From assembly GCA_965153355.1 (NCBI GenBank), contig OZ231126.1, forward strand, positions 28,644,001 to 28,708,000: 64,000 nucleotides of DNA, in the 5' to 3' direction. Below are positions 42,162 to 54,160 of this stretch, piece after piece; within the stretch, counting starts at the first letter, position 1; every line of letters starts with the position of its first letter. The DNA is from Flaccisagitta enflata. Its lineage: Eukaryota. The notes beneath the pieces were generated by a model. The model did not search any database. It had not been told where the DNA came from and saw only the letters and a program-made list of their open reading frames with translations. Position numbers and translations under genes: made by a program.

Positions 42162-43062
42162 TAAATTTTCTGTAGTGTATTGTAGTAGTTTACCCTCTTT
42201 TGTTTTTCGTCACGCCAATCGATTTGCTCCTATCTTTTTCAGCTTCAGCAGCGCGATTTGAATGGGGCCGAGGACGGCTTTTCATTTTGTTGCCGTCATC
42301 GCTGTCTCGTTGCTCTGCATCATCCGCCTTGACCAACCCGACCAACTCGTCCAACTGTGCGTCGTCGGTTTCTCTATTCAGTGCTTCGAATGTGGTCTGT
42401 GATTGGCTTGTGCGAACGGGAGTACAGTTTGGGGAAACCCCTCTGAAATAATACAATGAATATAATTTACGACGACCTACCAATTTTGTGAGTTATATGT
42501 ATACAATCAATGTGCGGTAGTTGGTAAGGATATTCAAAGATCACCTCACGCCGTGAGAGCCGCCAATCCTAGCTTCGTTGGACGTGTTCTTTGCGGTGGA
42601 TGATTCATTTGTGGCGGTTGAACCATTTGTGGCACTTGATGATTCGTTATTGTCGCCCACGGAGTCAGCGGTCGACAAGGGGGAGCGGATTGCTCCATAT
42701 ACGTTTTTGTCGCTGGCCCGGCTTGTGAGGTTTCCACCACACTATCAGGAAAAGTGATAGTCGAACATTATGTCAGTCTTCTAACATTATTATATGTTTC
42801 GGTTATTGATTGTAATGCATGACTATTAGGTTGGGTCCACCATGACGATTTTAGAAACACTCTTGCTCCAAGCACTTTTCATGTTCCTATCATATAGTTA
42901 GAGTCATATCTACTTGTAAAATCCATTATGACAAAATTTCGCCAGACCGTCATTGTTATTTGTACAGTGAATTTTAAGGAAAAAACCCCTTTTTTTTTCC
43001 TCAGAAAAAAAAATGTTTTCTGGGTGCATGGCCACTTCGTAATTGCGCGCGCTTATTGTGCT

Positions 43063-43131
<69 letters not shown>

Positions 43132-46053
43132 TCTTTATTGGACTAAGCGAATATCAGCCTGCACAGTTGAGCTTGAGGCCGGGTGGGTAGGCCGGAGGCC
43201 TATCTAGCAGATTTGAGGCCTTGAGGGCTGCTTTGACGTCTTGGAGGGCCAAACTTAGGCCTGAGTGCTGAATTGAGGCCCCAAAAGCAAGACGGGGGGG
43301 GGGGGTGAAAGAACAGACGTAGGAAATTCAACCCTGTGTCCTTCTGGACATCGGCCCTTTTGACCGCCACCCAAAAAGACGGACAGTCAGACAGAAACAA
43401 GACCAGGGGCAGTGTTTAAAGTCACTAGAGTATTTGGGCAGGAGCAGTGAGGCCAAAGACCGTACACTGAAACAGGTCGCCTGAAAGTAATCTGTGGTCA
43501 GTGATACTATGCTTTGCATGATTGTGAATTGGAATGCGAGTAGGCAGGGCAGCGGCCCCAAAAGTGTAGAAGTCCTGTAGAACACAGAGGGACTTTCGTT
43601 CTCCCTCCAGATTTTAGGCCTGAGAGGGCAGAAAAGAAGTTTAATAGTCACAAAAGCGTTAGATGGTCAGCGGTGCCTGTGCCCTGCTTAAGAAGGTTGT
43701 GGTTGAAGTTGAGGGGGGAGCAGGGCAGCGGCCCCCAAGGGGTCGATGACCTATGCTTTCATACATATGGGGAAATTTCTCCTTCTCCTTCTCCTCCTCC
43801 TCCTCACCCCCCTCCCCCCAGCCTCAAGGCCCATATCTCAGCCAGGAGGCCCATATCCCAGCCTCGAGGCCCAAATCCCAGTCTTGAGGCCCAAATCCCT
43901 AGAGACTGGAATTTGGGCCTTAGGGTTGGGATTTGGGCCTTAAGGGCGGGATTTGGGCCTCAAGACTGAGATTTGGGCCTCGAGGCTGGGAAATGGGCCT
44001 CCAGGCTGAGATATGGGCCTGGAGGCTGCGGGGAGGGGGGGTACGAAGAAGGAGGAGGAGAAGGAGAAAATTCCCCATATGTGTGAAAGCATAGGTCATC
44101 AACCTCTTCGGGGCCGCTGCCCAAAAGGGCTTATCATGGGCCTCAGGCTGAGAAGTCATAGATTAGGTTTGAAAGGCAGATTTCAGGCCTGAGAGGGCAG
44201 ATTGCAGTCCTGAGAGGGCGGATATCAGGCCAGAAAGGGTAGATTTCAGGCGAGAGAGGGCCGATATGAGGCCTGGGAGGGCAAATTATGGGCCTGAAAG
44301 GGCAGATTCCAGGTGTGACAGGGCATATTTAAGGTCTGAGAGGCTTGATGGGAGGGGGGAAATACTTAAGCTGCCTTATGTTGTACAGGACCTCGTCCCC
44401 TTTGGGACTGCTGCCCAGAAAGTGAATAGTCGCAAAAGCGTCAGATGGTCATCAGCGGTACCCGTGCCCTGCCTAAGTAAGTTGTGATTTGAGTTGAAGG
44501 AAGATGCAGGACAGTAGCCCCCGATGATGCATGCTTTCACACATGAGTAAATTTCTCCTTCTTCAAGCGGTTGGGATTTCGGCCACTTTTGGAATATGAT
44601 TTAGGAATTTAGGTCTAAGAGTTGGGATTAGGGCCTTGGGGCTGGGATTTTAGCCTTGAGGCCAGGGGAGGGGGGTGGACGACGAAAAGGAGCGGGACAA
44701 ATTTCCTCATGTGTGAAAGCATTGGTCATTAGAATGGGCACAAGTTGGGAATTTGAATGAAACATAATTTCCAAGCACTTTTCTTGTTCCTTTTGCATGT
44801 TAAGAGCCCAATCTCTTTGGAAAATCGATTTGGGCTTGATCTAGACACTCCGTCACTAATGCTGTAGTTGTATAGATTTGATTGCTGGAGTCAGGAGAAA
44901 AATTTCTTCCATAGTAATGCTATGCAACTACAGCATTGATGACGGAGTGCCTAGATCATGTCCAAATCGATTTTCCAAAGAGATTTGGCACTTAATATGC
45001 AAATGGAACATGAAAAGTGCTTGGAAATAATAATTCATTCAATTGCCCAAATTGAGCCCACTCTATTGGTCATCTGCACCCTTGGGTTTACCATCGACGA
45101 AGAGGAACAGAAGCAAATTGACTCAATGATCAATTCGATGATGCTATTTCTTTAGATCAAACTAAAAACCCTATTCCCGCTATTTTATGTTGGAAGGTTC
45201 GTCAAAGAAAGAGTGAAGTTGCCAAAAAGCTGGTTGATGCGCCAGTGCCCTCCATCACAGCATGGGAAAATTTACATTCATAAGCGGAAGTCCGACAGTA
45301 CGTGTCTATGCCCCTTATGATTGATGTTCCCTCAATCAAACATATACAGTAGATCTCGTCTAGACTTGAGATAACGGGGGCGAGCATTGTAGGAAAACAA
45401 ATAAAGCTAGGAGAGTGATATTTCAAACATAGACTAATAATGGGATGCTTTATTGCCCATGATAGCTGGTTGCCATGGAAACACATTTCTAAGTATTCTC
45501 GCTAAAGTATCAATATTTTGAGAGATTTTTTTAGGGAACATTGCTTAAAATAAAATTTGCTACAACTTTCCCACAGTATGTTCTGTAAAAATGTCGCTCG
45601 TTTAGCGGTTGCTAAGGGTTGTCACACATGGAAACGCTCTCTAGCAACGGCCAAACGAGCGACATTCTTACAGAACATACTGTAGGAAAATTGTAGCAAA
45701 TTTTATTTTAAGCAATGTTCCCTAAAAAAATTTCTCAAAATATTGATACTTTAGCGAGAATACATGGAAATGTGTTTCCATGGCAACCAGCTATCATGGG
45801 GAATTAAGTATCCTTTGATTAGTCTATGATCTAAATATCGCTCCCCTGCCTTCATTCGTCTTTCCACAATGCTTGCCCCCGTTATCTCAAGTCTAGATGA
45901 GATCTACTGTATAGTAATTCGTACAAATCAGCGCGAAGGTTGGCATCAAATCAGCGTCCATCAAGGCAGGAGATATACTATTAGCAAGGCAGGAATATTC
46001 AGAGAAGTAAAGCAAGCAAAGCCAAAGGGAAAAATGTAAACACATACAAGAGG

Positions 46054-46093
<40 letters not shown>

Positions 46094-46172
46094 AAACAAC
46101 AACAACAACAATAACAACAACAATAACAACAACGATAACAACAACAATAACAACAACGACAACAACAACGAT

Positions 46173-46218
<46 letters not shown>

Positions 46219-46294
46219 CGGCCATGGCAGCAAAAGTAGAAACACAGACAGTTGTAACAACACAAAAGACAACGGCAATAACAACATCAACATC

Positions 46295-46334
<40 letters not shown>

Positions 46335-49300
46335 TCCACAGTCGCCTATTGAACGACAAGCAAAAGTTCTAGAACAAAAGATTCCTGTTATCAACAATGA
46401 GGTATTCTCCCCAGGAATAATTGTTCATGTTTCAATTTTGAAAGCTGTAGTTATTGTTTAAGTAAACGGATTTCGTGTTTACTAAGTTGAAAAAAGATTG
46501 AATCCCACGATCATTAGAGTATTCTCAATCTAAAGTTGTAGGTTCAGTAAAGCATTTGGTGATGGAAGGAAGAAAAGTGAAAAAAGGTATTTTTTGCTTC
46601 AAAGCTGCAATTTTTTAACCCAATGACGGTCTGCAAAGATCATGTTGGAATTGATTTTGCGAGTAGACTGGGCTCTAATTATGCATGTAGAACATGAAAA
46701 TCACTTGGAGTAAGAGATATTTTGAAATGGCCAAAATGAGCCCAGCCTAATGACTATGTATGCTTACTCATCATCCATGGAGTCTGCATCATCGCTGACG
46801 ATTTCTTTAGAGATGGCGGTTCCCTCGTCATTAACGGCCAGCCCCCCATGTACGGCCATAAATCTCCGGTACGTCTTCTTGTAAGTTGAGTCATTGTAGA
46901 ATTTCTTTCTCAAAGAGGCGCGATCTTCACTGAAAAACGAAATGGGAAATTATTTTTAAAAATGGCAGTATGACGTAATAGTGCATCGCACAACAACAAC
47001 TACGATTACTACTATAACAACAACAATACCAACAACATCAACAACCAAAACAACAACAACAACAAGATGAGCTTACAGGTGCTCGGCTTCAGCCTTTATC
47101 TTCCTTTCCTCCTGCTCATTGCCGCCTTTCACTTTGACTGCCATCCAATTTGCGTAATGTTTTCGTTGGTTCTCCTTTATGTCTCTGGTGAGATTGGCCA
47201 CTTCTTCAATGTCGTGTTTGTTCAACTTTTGTCTGGCTTTGACCTCGGCCAGTCTCAGTTTCATGGCCGTCTGGAGCTTGGTGTAATTGGCTCCGTTTTT
47301 GCCCAGTCTGTCCATAATGAAATTGGTTTATGCTTGTATAATCATTGCACTGGGTTCGCAAATAATGATTGCGTCGAAACTTAATTCATGCCTTCAAAAC
47401 TTACCGGTCCCGAATTAGGCACGAAATCGGAATTTCTGCCATTTTGTTAGGCCATTGGAACACCGGGAACCCTGTCCTTCTCAACGCATGCTGGTTGACG
47501 CCGAAGAAGAACTCCCAGTAGGTGGGCTGAGTAGGCGCAAAATGACAATCCTTGTGGAACAAAGCGTCCTGAAGTAGAAATAGTAGATAACAAAATGGAT
47601 GAAACATGTGGGGATGCATGTGGGGAAAGCGCTGTACAACTCACAATAACACCACTACACCACTACGCGCCATCACTGACCTGGATGTTATGGAACAGGC
47701 GTTTGCAAGCGGCCAGGATGAATTCTTTCTCCGGCTTTTTCACGTTGTCCATGCCATGCTGAGATATAAATGGGAAATGTGGTTATATGATATCACCAAT
47801 TAGCAACGATATCACCAATTAGCAATGGAAACGCAAATTATTAAAACCATTCTCTAAGCGTGGAACTCACAGCTTTCGCGATTATCTCCAGCGCGACATC
47901 CAGCCCTTCGTCTTCTTCAATAAATTTCGTCAGACCACCTGATTTGGCCAAGAGCTCGAACTGTTCCTTACAAGTTAGCTCTCCTAATAGAAACAGGAAA
48001 TACAACAGATGTAATAAGTACCAATACAACGGTTTTAATTTGGAAGTCAGTAAGCAAGATAGATTTACAGTTGAGCTTCACTAGAGCGCATTTAACTATG
48101 AAATGTCTCATTAACAATAACTTGCATGCCTTTTAAGAGGTCATGCCTTATTGGCGGGTGCGCGAAAGTGAAGCTCAACTGTACCTGAGGACGCAGCTTG
48201 CAGTTGTTGAGGTACAAACGTCGCCGGGTTCCCATCTCCTTCGAGGTGCAGATCGCCCAGTGTGTTAAAGTGGTAAACGTCCCGGTCTTTGTCGTAGTAA
48301 CCCACGTTGCCACCGGAGGGACACCACAACTGGTCGTAGGGCAGAGCGGGAGGTTCTGGGTTTCCGTCAGGCCCAGGAAGCATTTCTGGCGGCTGCAGCC
48401 ACATTCGATGAGGGTTTTCAGGGTCTACTGCCGATCTATAGGCTGCTGGCGGCAACAGACTGGGATCTGTTTGGAGGGAATGAGGTAATTATTCAATTAC
48501 TCATTGTGTGTGATGGAAGATTGTTTGTCGAAATGAGACATGATTACTAGACGAGTTTAAATATAATTATTAAAGCAATTTCGAAGAATTGAGTACAAAC
48601 AATAAACTACTTTGGCCCAGTTTACAGAGTAGAAAATTAGCATCATTGGCACTAAAACAAAATAATAACTAACGTACCTCTTGTACAGGGTTTTTCACGC
48701 CAAAACGCCGATTACAAAACGACGTTTCTCAGCCCCTAGACATGATAATTGATTTCTGAAAAATGGTCTAAATAGTTCTTGAGCTCCGATTTTGTTATCT
48801 AAAATTGTGATGGTTTGATTTCTAGTGGTTTACCCGTCATAGATGAGTAAATAAATCCTCAGAATTTGGACAAGTGCCATTAAGTTATTACTTCGAGAAA
48901 GCAAAGCTTCGTCCTTGGGCCATATCAAAGCAATAATTCAGTCTAAATTTCAAATTGATTTAAATTAGTTACCTTTGGTAGAATATGTGAGCTGAAAAAA
49001 TACCATGCAGTTGCATAGTATTCCTTATTTGAAATTAAACTGTTCAAAGACGTTTTTCCCAGTGTTGCAGCTTCACATTGTGTTCTTCCTCCTTATGGTC
49101 CTTATATTGTTCCACCAGTAAGCTGGTTGGTCAGTCCGTTAGTTGGTAAAGCCTACTGTTTGTACTCAAACATCATTTTGGTAATCGTCAGCATTTTGAG
49201 CGTCTTCACCTTCGCCAGCTTGTGGAAGTTGATGGTTAGGGCGCTCCTCCATGATCTCATGGGGCCCATTTTCACCACCGAGTATCATCAACTTTGGAGA

Positions 49301-50297
49301 AGCACTGCTTCGAAATGAATGAGCTACAGACCTCGGGTTGGTCGCATTTTAAAGAGCAAAGAGAGATCTTTAAAATGGGACTAATCTGAGGTCTATAACT
49401 TTATTTGTTTAGAAGCAGTGGTCCTTTAAAGTTGATGCTTGTTTCACGGAGCAGAGTATTAATTTTTTTGAAATGGAAAAATTGAGTTCTTTAAAAAAAA
49501 ACTACTAATGGGTGAACGTCATGGATTCTAACCATAAACAAAGTCAACTGATAAAATCGGAGCTCACGAGTTGTACAAACCTTTTTTCAGAATTTAATTC
49601 TCATATCTAGCAGCTGTAAAATTTCGTTTTGTAATCGGCGTTTTGGCGTGAAAAACCCTGTAGCAAGGAAGCTATTCTTTGCCTCGGGATTCTTTTCCAA
49701 CATTATCTTCAAAGCAGTTGCGCTCATCCCATTGTTGGTTGCGATCTTTGCGATGCGGCGTTTCTTCATTTCCTGTTGACACTGATTGAAGATCCCTTGT
49801 GCTTCCGCGTCACCGATGCCTTCATCTTGGCCGCCGCCGATGTCAACTCCACCGTCGCCGATGTCGCCAACTTGGCCCCTTTCTCCTCCATCTTCCTCAC
49901 TCATGACTTCATCCTCAACCCTATCTTCGTCCTCCACCTCCTCCTGGACATTGTCACTGGTTCCAACGTCTGCACGCGACCGCTTAGTGCGGGTGAAGGC
50001 AGGCACATCTGCACCGTCGTCATCCTCTGGATGTGATGTTGGTCGTTTTCGTTGACGACGAGTTGTCCTAACGGCCTTACCACGTGACGGCGCCTCCTCC
50101 TCCATCTCCTCCTCCTCGCCGCTCTCTTCGTCCTGATGAGGATCACAGTTTGATCGACGTGATGTTTTCGAGGGTGGTTGATAGTCGTCGTCTTCCTCTT
50201 GAAGAAGTCTATCGCGATGGCGTTTGTTTCCACGCTGGCTGGCTCCGTATTTGGCGTTGGGACATTCTTTGTAAAAATTCGAACGTTTCGACGACAT
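39340..50297 (-). CDS. Element gene B: 16-exon ~1272-aa accessory protein (likely TnpA/ORF2 equivalent), exon 1 interrupted by a MITE in this copy
   Basis: Exons 50297-49661 plus 48683-48678 (MITE removed), 48466-48185, 47983-47871, 47758-47681, 47568-47405, 47307-47077, 46929-46768, 42741-42550, 42442-42194, 41881-41696, 41595-41482, 41391-41064, 40967-40749, 40623-40339, 40109-39823 and 39625-39340. All 15 introns are GT-AG with matching phases and there is no internal stop (3819 nt). The C-terminal AMSFLRMYHID...YWNFWEIYAFQI recalls the tail of ORF2/SAMD3-like proteins of animal EnSpm elements (from memory, not searched). Confidence 0.75.
44730..45065. mobile_element. Palindromic hAT-like MITE (336 bp)
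   Basis: 8-bp TSD TTGGTCAT on both sides; TAGAATGGGC ... GCCCACTCTA termini; arms complementary almost to the centre. Confidence 0.85.
45347..45909. mobile_element. Palindromic Tc1/mariner-type MITE (563 bp)
   Basis: TA|CAGTAGATCTCGTCTAGACTTGAGATAACGGGGGC ... GCCCCCGTTATCTCAAGTCTAGATGAGATCTACTG|TA; near-complete foldback. Confidence 0.85.
48686..49660. mobile_element. Tc1/mariner-type non-autonomous element (975 bp) inserted in exon 1 of gene B
   Basis: TA|CAGGGTTTTTCACGCCAAAACGCCGATTACAAAACG ... CGTTTTGTAATCGGCGTTTTGGCGTGAAAAACCCTG|TA. TA TSD; removing it restores the exon and donor GTACGT. Confidence 0.9.
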
Positions 50298-50311
50298 GTT
50301 TTAAGTTTATC

Positions 50312-52955
50312 CTAAGTCAAGTCCAAGTTCCTTACACTTATCACGTTTAATCTGTTTGATTCGTTGCATACGTGGTAATCTTGGACAAGAACGAGAGAAG
50401 GGACTAATAATTGCCGCTGAACACTTGAAGTTGATTCTCTTACTTTAAATATGCCCAATTCTGTAATTGGGAGAGCCGTTAACTTTTTGGAAAGGAGGAT
50501 TATGTCTGAGTCACTTTGGGCAATGCCTAGGATTCTGAAAAAACGCCCATCTGGCTCCCCATCTATATTGGGCAGGCCATAAACCGAGTTGAGGTGAAGC
50601 ATGTAACCGTTGTGCTCAACGGTTTTGAGGCACTCAGCCGCTCTATAGCCTTGATAAAAAGTTAAAGCTTCATGTGGTAAATCTTCTTCATTTGTTAAAC
50701 GACTAACCTTCCTTGGTTCAATGATTGCTTGACTGCGCGCATGTAGTTTCAAGTCAATTCTTCGGAGAATAGTGTATAGAACGTTCTTTGTGCAACGAGA
50801 GTTTCCAAAAGCTCTCTTGACGAACTGGTGGAATTGTTCGCATAATGAAGAACTCTGTAGGGACAAAGGGCCTGCCAACCGAATTGCTCTTGGGTAATGG
50901 CACAGATTATGCTCTTTATATTTTATTTTGGGATCATACTGTCCATCTGCGGTTCTGGTGAGACTCATCCTCAAAGTCAATGTAGTTACTATCGTTTCTT
51001 CCATTTCTTGTAAAGTCTCGTTTGTGTGGTTTAGAGTGAGAAGAAGTCGACTTAGATACAAGACTTGTAAATAGAAGACCCAAACAGGGTCAGCCGTGTT
51101 TCCAATGACCGGATAGAGTACAGTGCTGAACAGAAGAATAAATGTGCGCACGTGTGCGACTTTATTACATATACGGACTGTTTTCTTCGCCATGTCAAAC
51201 TTGAAATAAGGACGATTTTTTGAATCATGGCCACGGAATTTGAAACGTTTCCACAAACTTTTCATTGAGGAAGCAGAGATCCATTGTAAATCGAAAACGA
51301 TTCTATTAGTGATGATTGTCATCCAAGTTACTGCGCAGCCAAGGAAGAAGTCGTGGTGGAGATCTAATGAAAAGGTAGTCTTGTTCATGGGGAACCATGG
51401 AATGCGATGTAAAGCAGGCACATGAGTAAAGCCATACGGAAGCATTAAGTCATTTGCTTCTGCTGCAATGACATCAATATATTCTTCAGACGTACGCGGT
51501 GCAGCTGGTGCCATATCTTGCACAGAGTTAGGAGTTACTAAATCCGCCATACGGAAATGGCAATATCTACAGGATTTCCCACTTGTCCATGATCGTGTTA
51601 TCCCACAGAGTTGGTTTTGGCTCAGGTTATCGCCGATAACCATAAAGAATCTGACTTGATAGTGGTCACCGTTGTATGTAATGCCATTTGAGACAACATC
51701 TCTCAGTCGAGATACAATTGCCTCAGTTATGACCTTCAATCCCACTTCCCCCACATCTTTTGTGTAGAGTAGGCATAAAGGGAAAACTTGTTCCAACTTG
51801 CGTTGGTTTGGTCCTTCAATTAAGATAACTATATAAAAATTATATAACTTATAATTGGCGTTACGGGCATACAACGCCTGCAACGGTAAGACCTCATCAC
51901 AGTACAAGCCCAGAGGAATTACAGGTTCACCAGAGTGGATGGCAATGTCTCTAAATATTTCAGAATTTTTAATCGAATTGAACTGGCCGGCCGTGATGGG
52001 TTTCTGATGAAATTCTTTCAATCGATTGCAATTGTCTTTACTTTTCAACCATAATGTCAACATTTCGTCGATTTTGTAAAAATGCACTTGGACATTTTCG
52101 TCCAAAAGTATATCGTTTCTTATGGGAAGAGTTACACTTGCACGATAATTATTTTGTAATTGTTTCTGTTGTCTTCCACGACCATAACTGGTTCTGATTT
52201 GGTTCATGCGTTTTTTCTGTTGTTGTGATAAGTTACATTGCAGGGCATTGAGAATACTGATTGTTTGTGATACAACGTAGGAAATAAGACATTCCGTGGC
52301 AGCGTATGTATTCGTCATTTGGTGTACAGTTTCCTCCATTATTGTAATTACATGTTCTGGAATGATACCACCACCGCATCCACCACCACCGCCACCACCA
52401 CCACCACCACCACCACCATCACCACCACCACCACCACCACCATCACCACCACCACCAACACCACCACTTGAATTATTCTCACCAACATCCTCCCAATGAT
52501 GAAGAACAAAAACATCTCCCTCGTCATTGTCAACAACTTCATCATCCTCACTATCTTCTGAATCGGATTCCAATATATCATCGACGTCCTCCTCCCTCTC
52601 CTGCTCCTCTTTCCATAAAATATCACCTCGATCCCTGTGAAAGTCGAGATGTGGGACGCTTGTTGCGCAACGTTTATTTGTGAGAGCCTCATAGGGGCAT
52701 ATTTGGTGGCTTGGCTCAACAAATTGGTAGTGTAGTTTGAGTGCGTTATAGTTTTGTTGGTCAGTGTAAAAAGGCAGAGATTCCTGACACACAGGGCACT
52801 TGTATATGCGTCTATAGTGTTGGTCGACGTGGGTTTCAGCAGATACAAAGTCTGTCGTTGTTGTCCTCTTGTGGCAAAGGGCGCATACGGGCCTTCTTAC
52901 TTTGTTTTGACTTTTGAATAACAGTTTGTCAATGAGAGTCTGTCGTAGAGTCATT
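50312..52955 (-). CDS. EnSpm/CMC-type DDE transposase, main exon (~880 aa), with two N-terminal C2H2-like fingers
   Basis: Uninterrupted ORF. Motifs typical of animal EnSpm-like transposases: LGLYCDE, FFMVIGDNL..NQLCG....SGKSCRYC, DLHHDFFLG, KEHNLCHYP..I...GPL.....CEQFHQFVK. N-terminal CALCH..H..H and CPVC..H motifs and a poly-Gly linker. Acceptor ttttgctgaacAG lies directly before 52955, with ATG at 52954. Confidence 0.9.
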
Positions 52956-53093
52956 CTGTTCAGCAAAATTTGAAAAAAATTTGATGATACTTGTAAAAGC
53001 TAGTCTATTCTATTCTATTTCATTCTATTCTATCATATTTTATTTCACCCAGGCACGAGGTCAGTTCTAAAACAATTATTATATCACATTGTC

Positions 53094-53618
53094 ACATTGA
53101 CATCCACTCTACTGAACCTGTAATTGCAGTGGGCCTAATTGCCATATACAACTTGGACCAAATGTTCCTTTTGCCTCAACTTTACCCAAAAACATGCAGG
53201 GGAATCAGGGTCATTGCCGCCAATCTCTCGGCAAATAAAGTATCGGTGGACCAGTGGGAAATCCCAACATTCTTATATGTATAGCAAATGGCTTCATTCA
53301 TGTGCCTGCTTTCCAGGGCATTTCAAATTTCAACATGAACACGACTACCTTTTCATTGGATCTCAACCACAACTTCTTCCTTGTCTGTAAAGTATGTTGG
53401 ATGACTACCATTAACCCATGATTCAAATCGTCCTTATTTCCAGTTTTACATGTGGAAGAGAACAGTACGTATTTGCAATAAAGTCGCACACATGCGCACA
53501 TTTATTGTACTGTTCAGCACTTTACTTCATCCCAAAAAAGATACTGTCCGAATATTAATCATACATACATGATACAGACAGAGCAATTCGGCTGGCAGGC
53601 CCTTTGTCCCTACAAAGT
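53094..53618 (+). pseudogene. Inverted, internally deleted patchwork copy of the adjacent transposase CDS
   Basis: Plus-strand pieces translate to IDIHSTEPVIAVGL, VIAANLSANK, WTSGKS, GFIHVPAFQGISNFNMNTTTFSLDLNHNFFL, HDS-NRPYFQFYMWKRTVRICNKVAHMRTFIVLFSTLLHP and RAIRLAGPLSLQS. They are collinear with transposase 51948 to 50851. The last block differs at only 2 of 40 nt. Confidence 0.9.
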
Positions 53619-53792
53619 TTTTCATTTGGCGAATAATTTCATTTTACAGTTCTCAATGCACAAAGAACAATCAAGCAAGCAAGCAAGCAAGCAATCATTG
53701 ACTATGTTTTATGTAAAAACTGCTAATTGGTTAACAATAACCAACAGTGAATGAGAACAGGAATAAACAAGAGATGATGAAAAGTATACTAC

Positions 53793-54100
53793 CTATATCT
53801 TTTAAATCTGTAAGTTGTCTGTACTTGGTACTTATATCTGTTATCCAAACGTCGAATGATGAAATTGACGGCAGCAGCTACCGAAAAAAAATTAAAAAGT
53901 CGCGGAATAAACAACGACAATAGCCATTAACGGAGTGAAATCAGACAATTAATAAATGCAATCTAACCTCTAAAACCCGGATGTTCCCAAAGGCGATGTA
54001 ACGCTATTCCAACGCCACCATACGCCCCAATCAAAAAAAGCTCACGGAAGGAAAGTTCAACCACCATCTGGTGGCCACGGAAATTAAGGGACATGATCAT
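53793..54100 (-). CDS. Two small exons (54100-53968, 53877-53793): probable 5' exons of the transposase (giving 953 aa), or a separate 73-aa ORF
   Basis: Acceptor tttCAG lies 8 nt before ATG 54100. Translation MIMSLNFRGHQMVVELSFRELFLIGAYGGVGIALHRLWEHPGFR|AAAVNFIIRRLDNRYKYQVQTTYRFKRY with a phase-1 junction. Donor ag|GTAGTA (phase 2) matches the phase-2 acceptor at 52955; if unspliced it ends at TAG 53789-53791. Confidence 0.5.
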
Positions 54101-54160
54101 TGTTAAGTCTGAAAGCTAAAGCATAATAATAAGAATGCTAATAAGACGAACACCATATGT

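Larger units (their letters stand above)
42827..46749. mobile_element. hAT-like non-autonomous element (3.9 kb including nested repeats) in intron 7 of gene B
   Basis: 8-bp TSD ATGACTAT (42819-42826 and 46750-46757); imperfect TIRs TAGGTTGGGTCCA / TGAGCCCAGCCTA. Confidence 0.8.

Noticed and set aside
49587-50297. Stand-alone 236-aa protein as listed in the ORF track
   Set aside because: Its C-terminus is read from the inserted MITE's TIR; it is the disrupted first exon of gene B.
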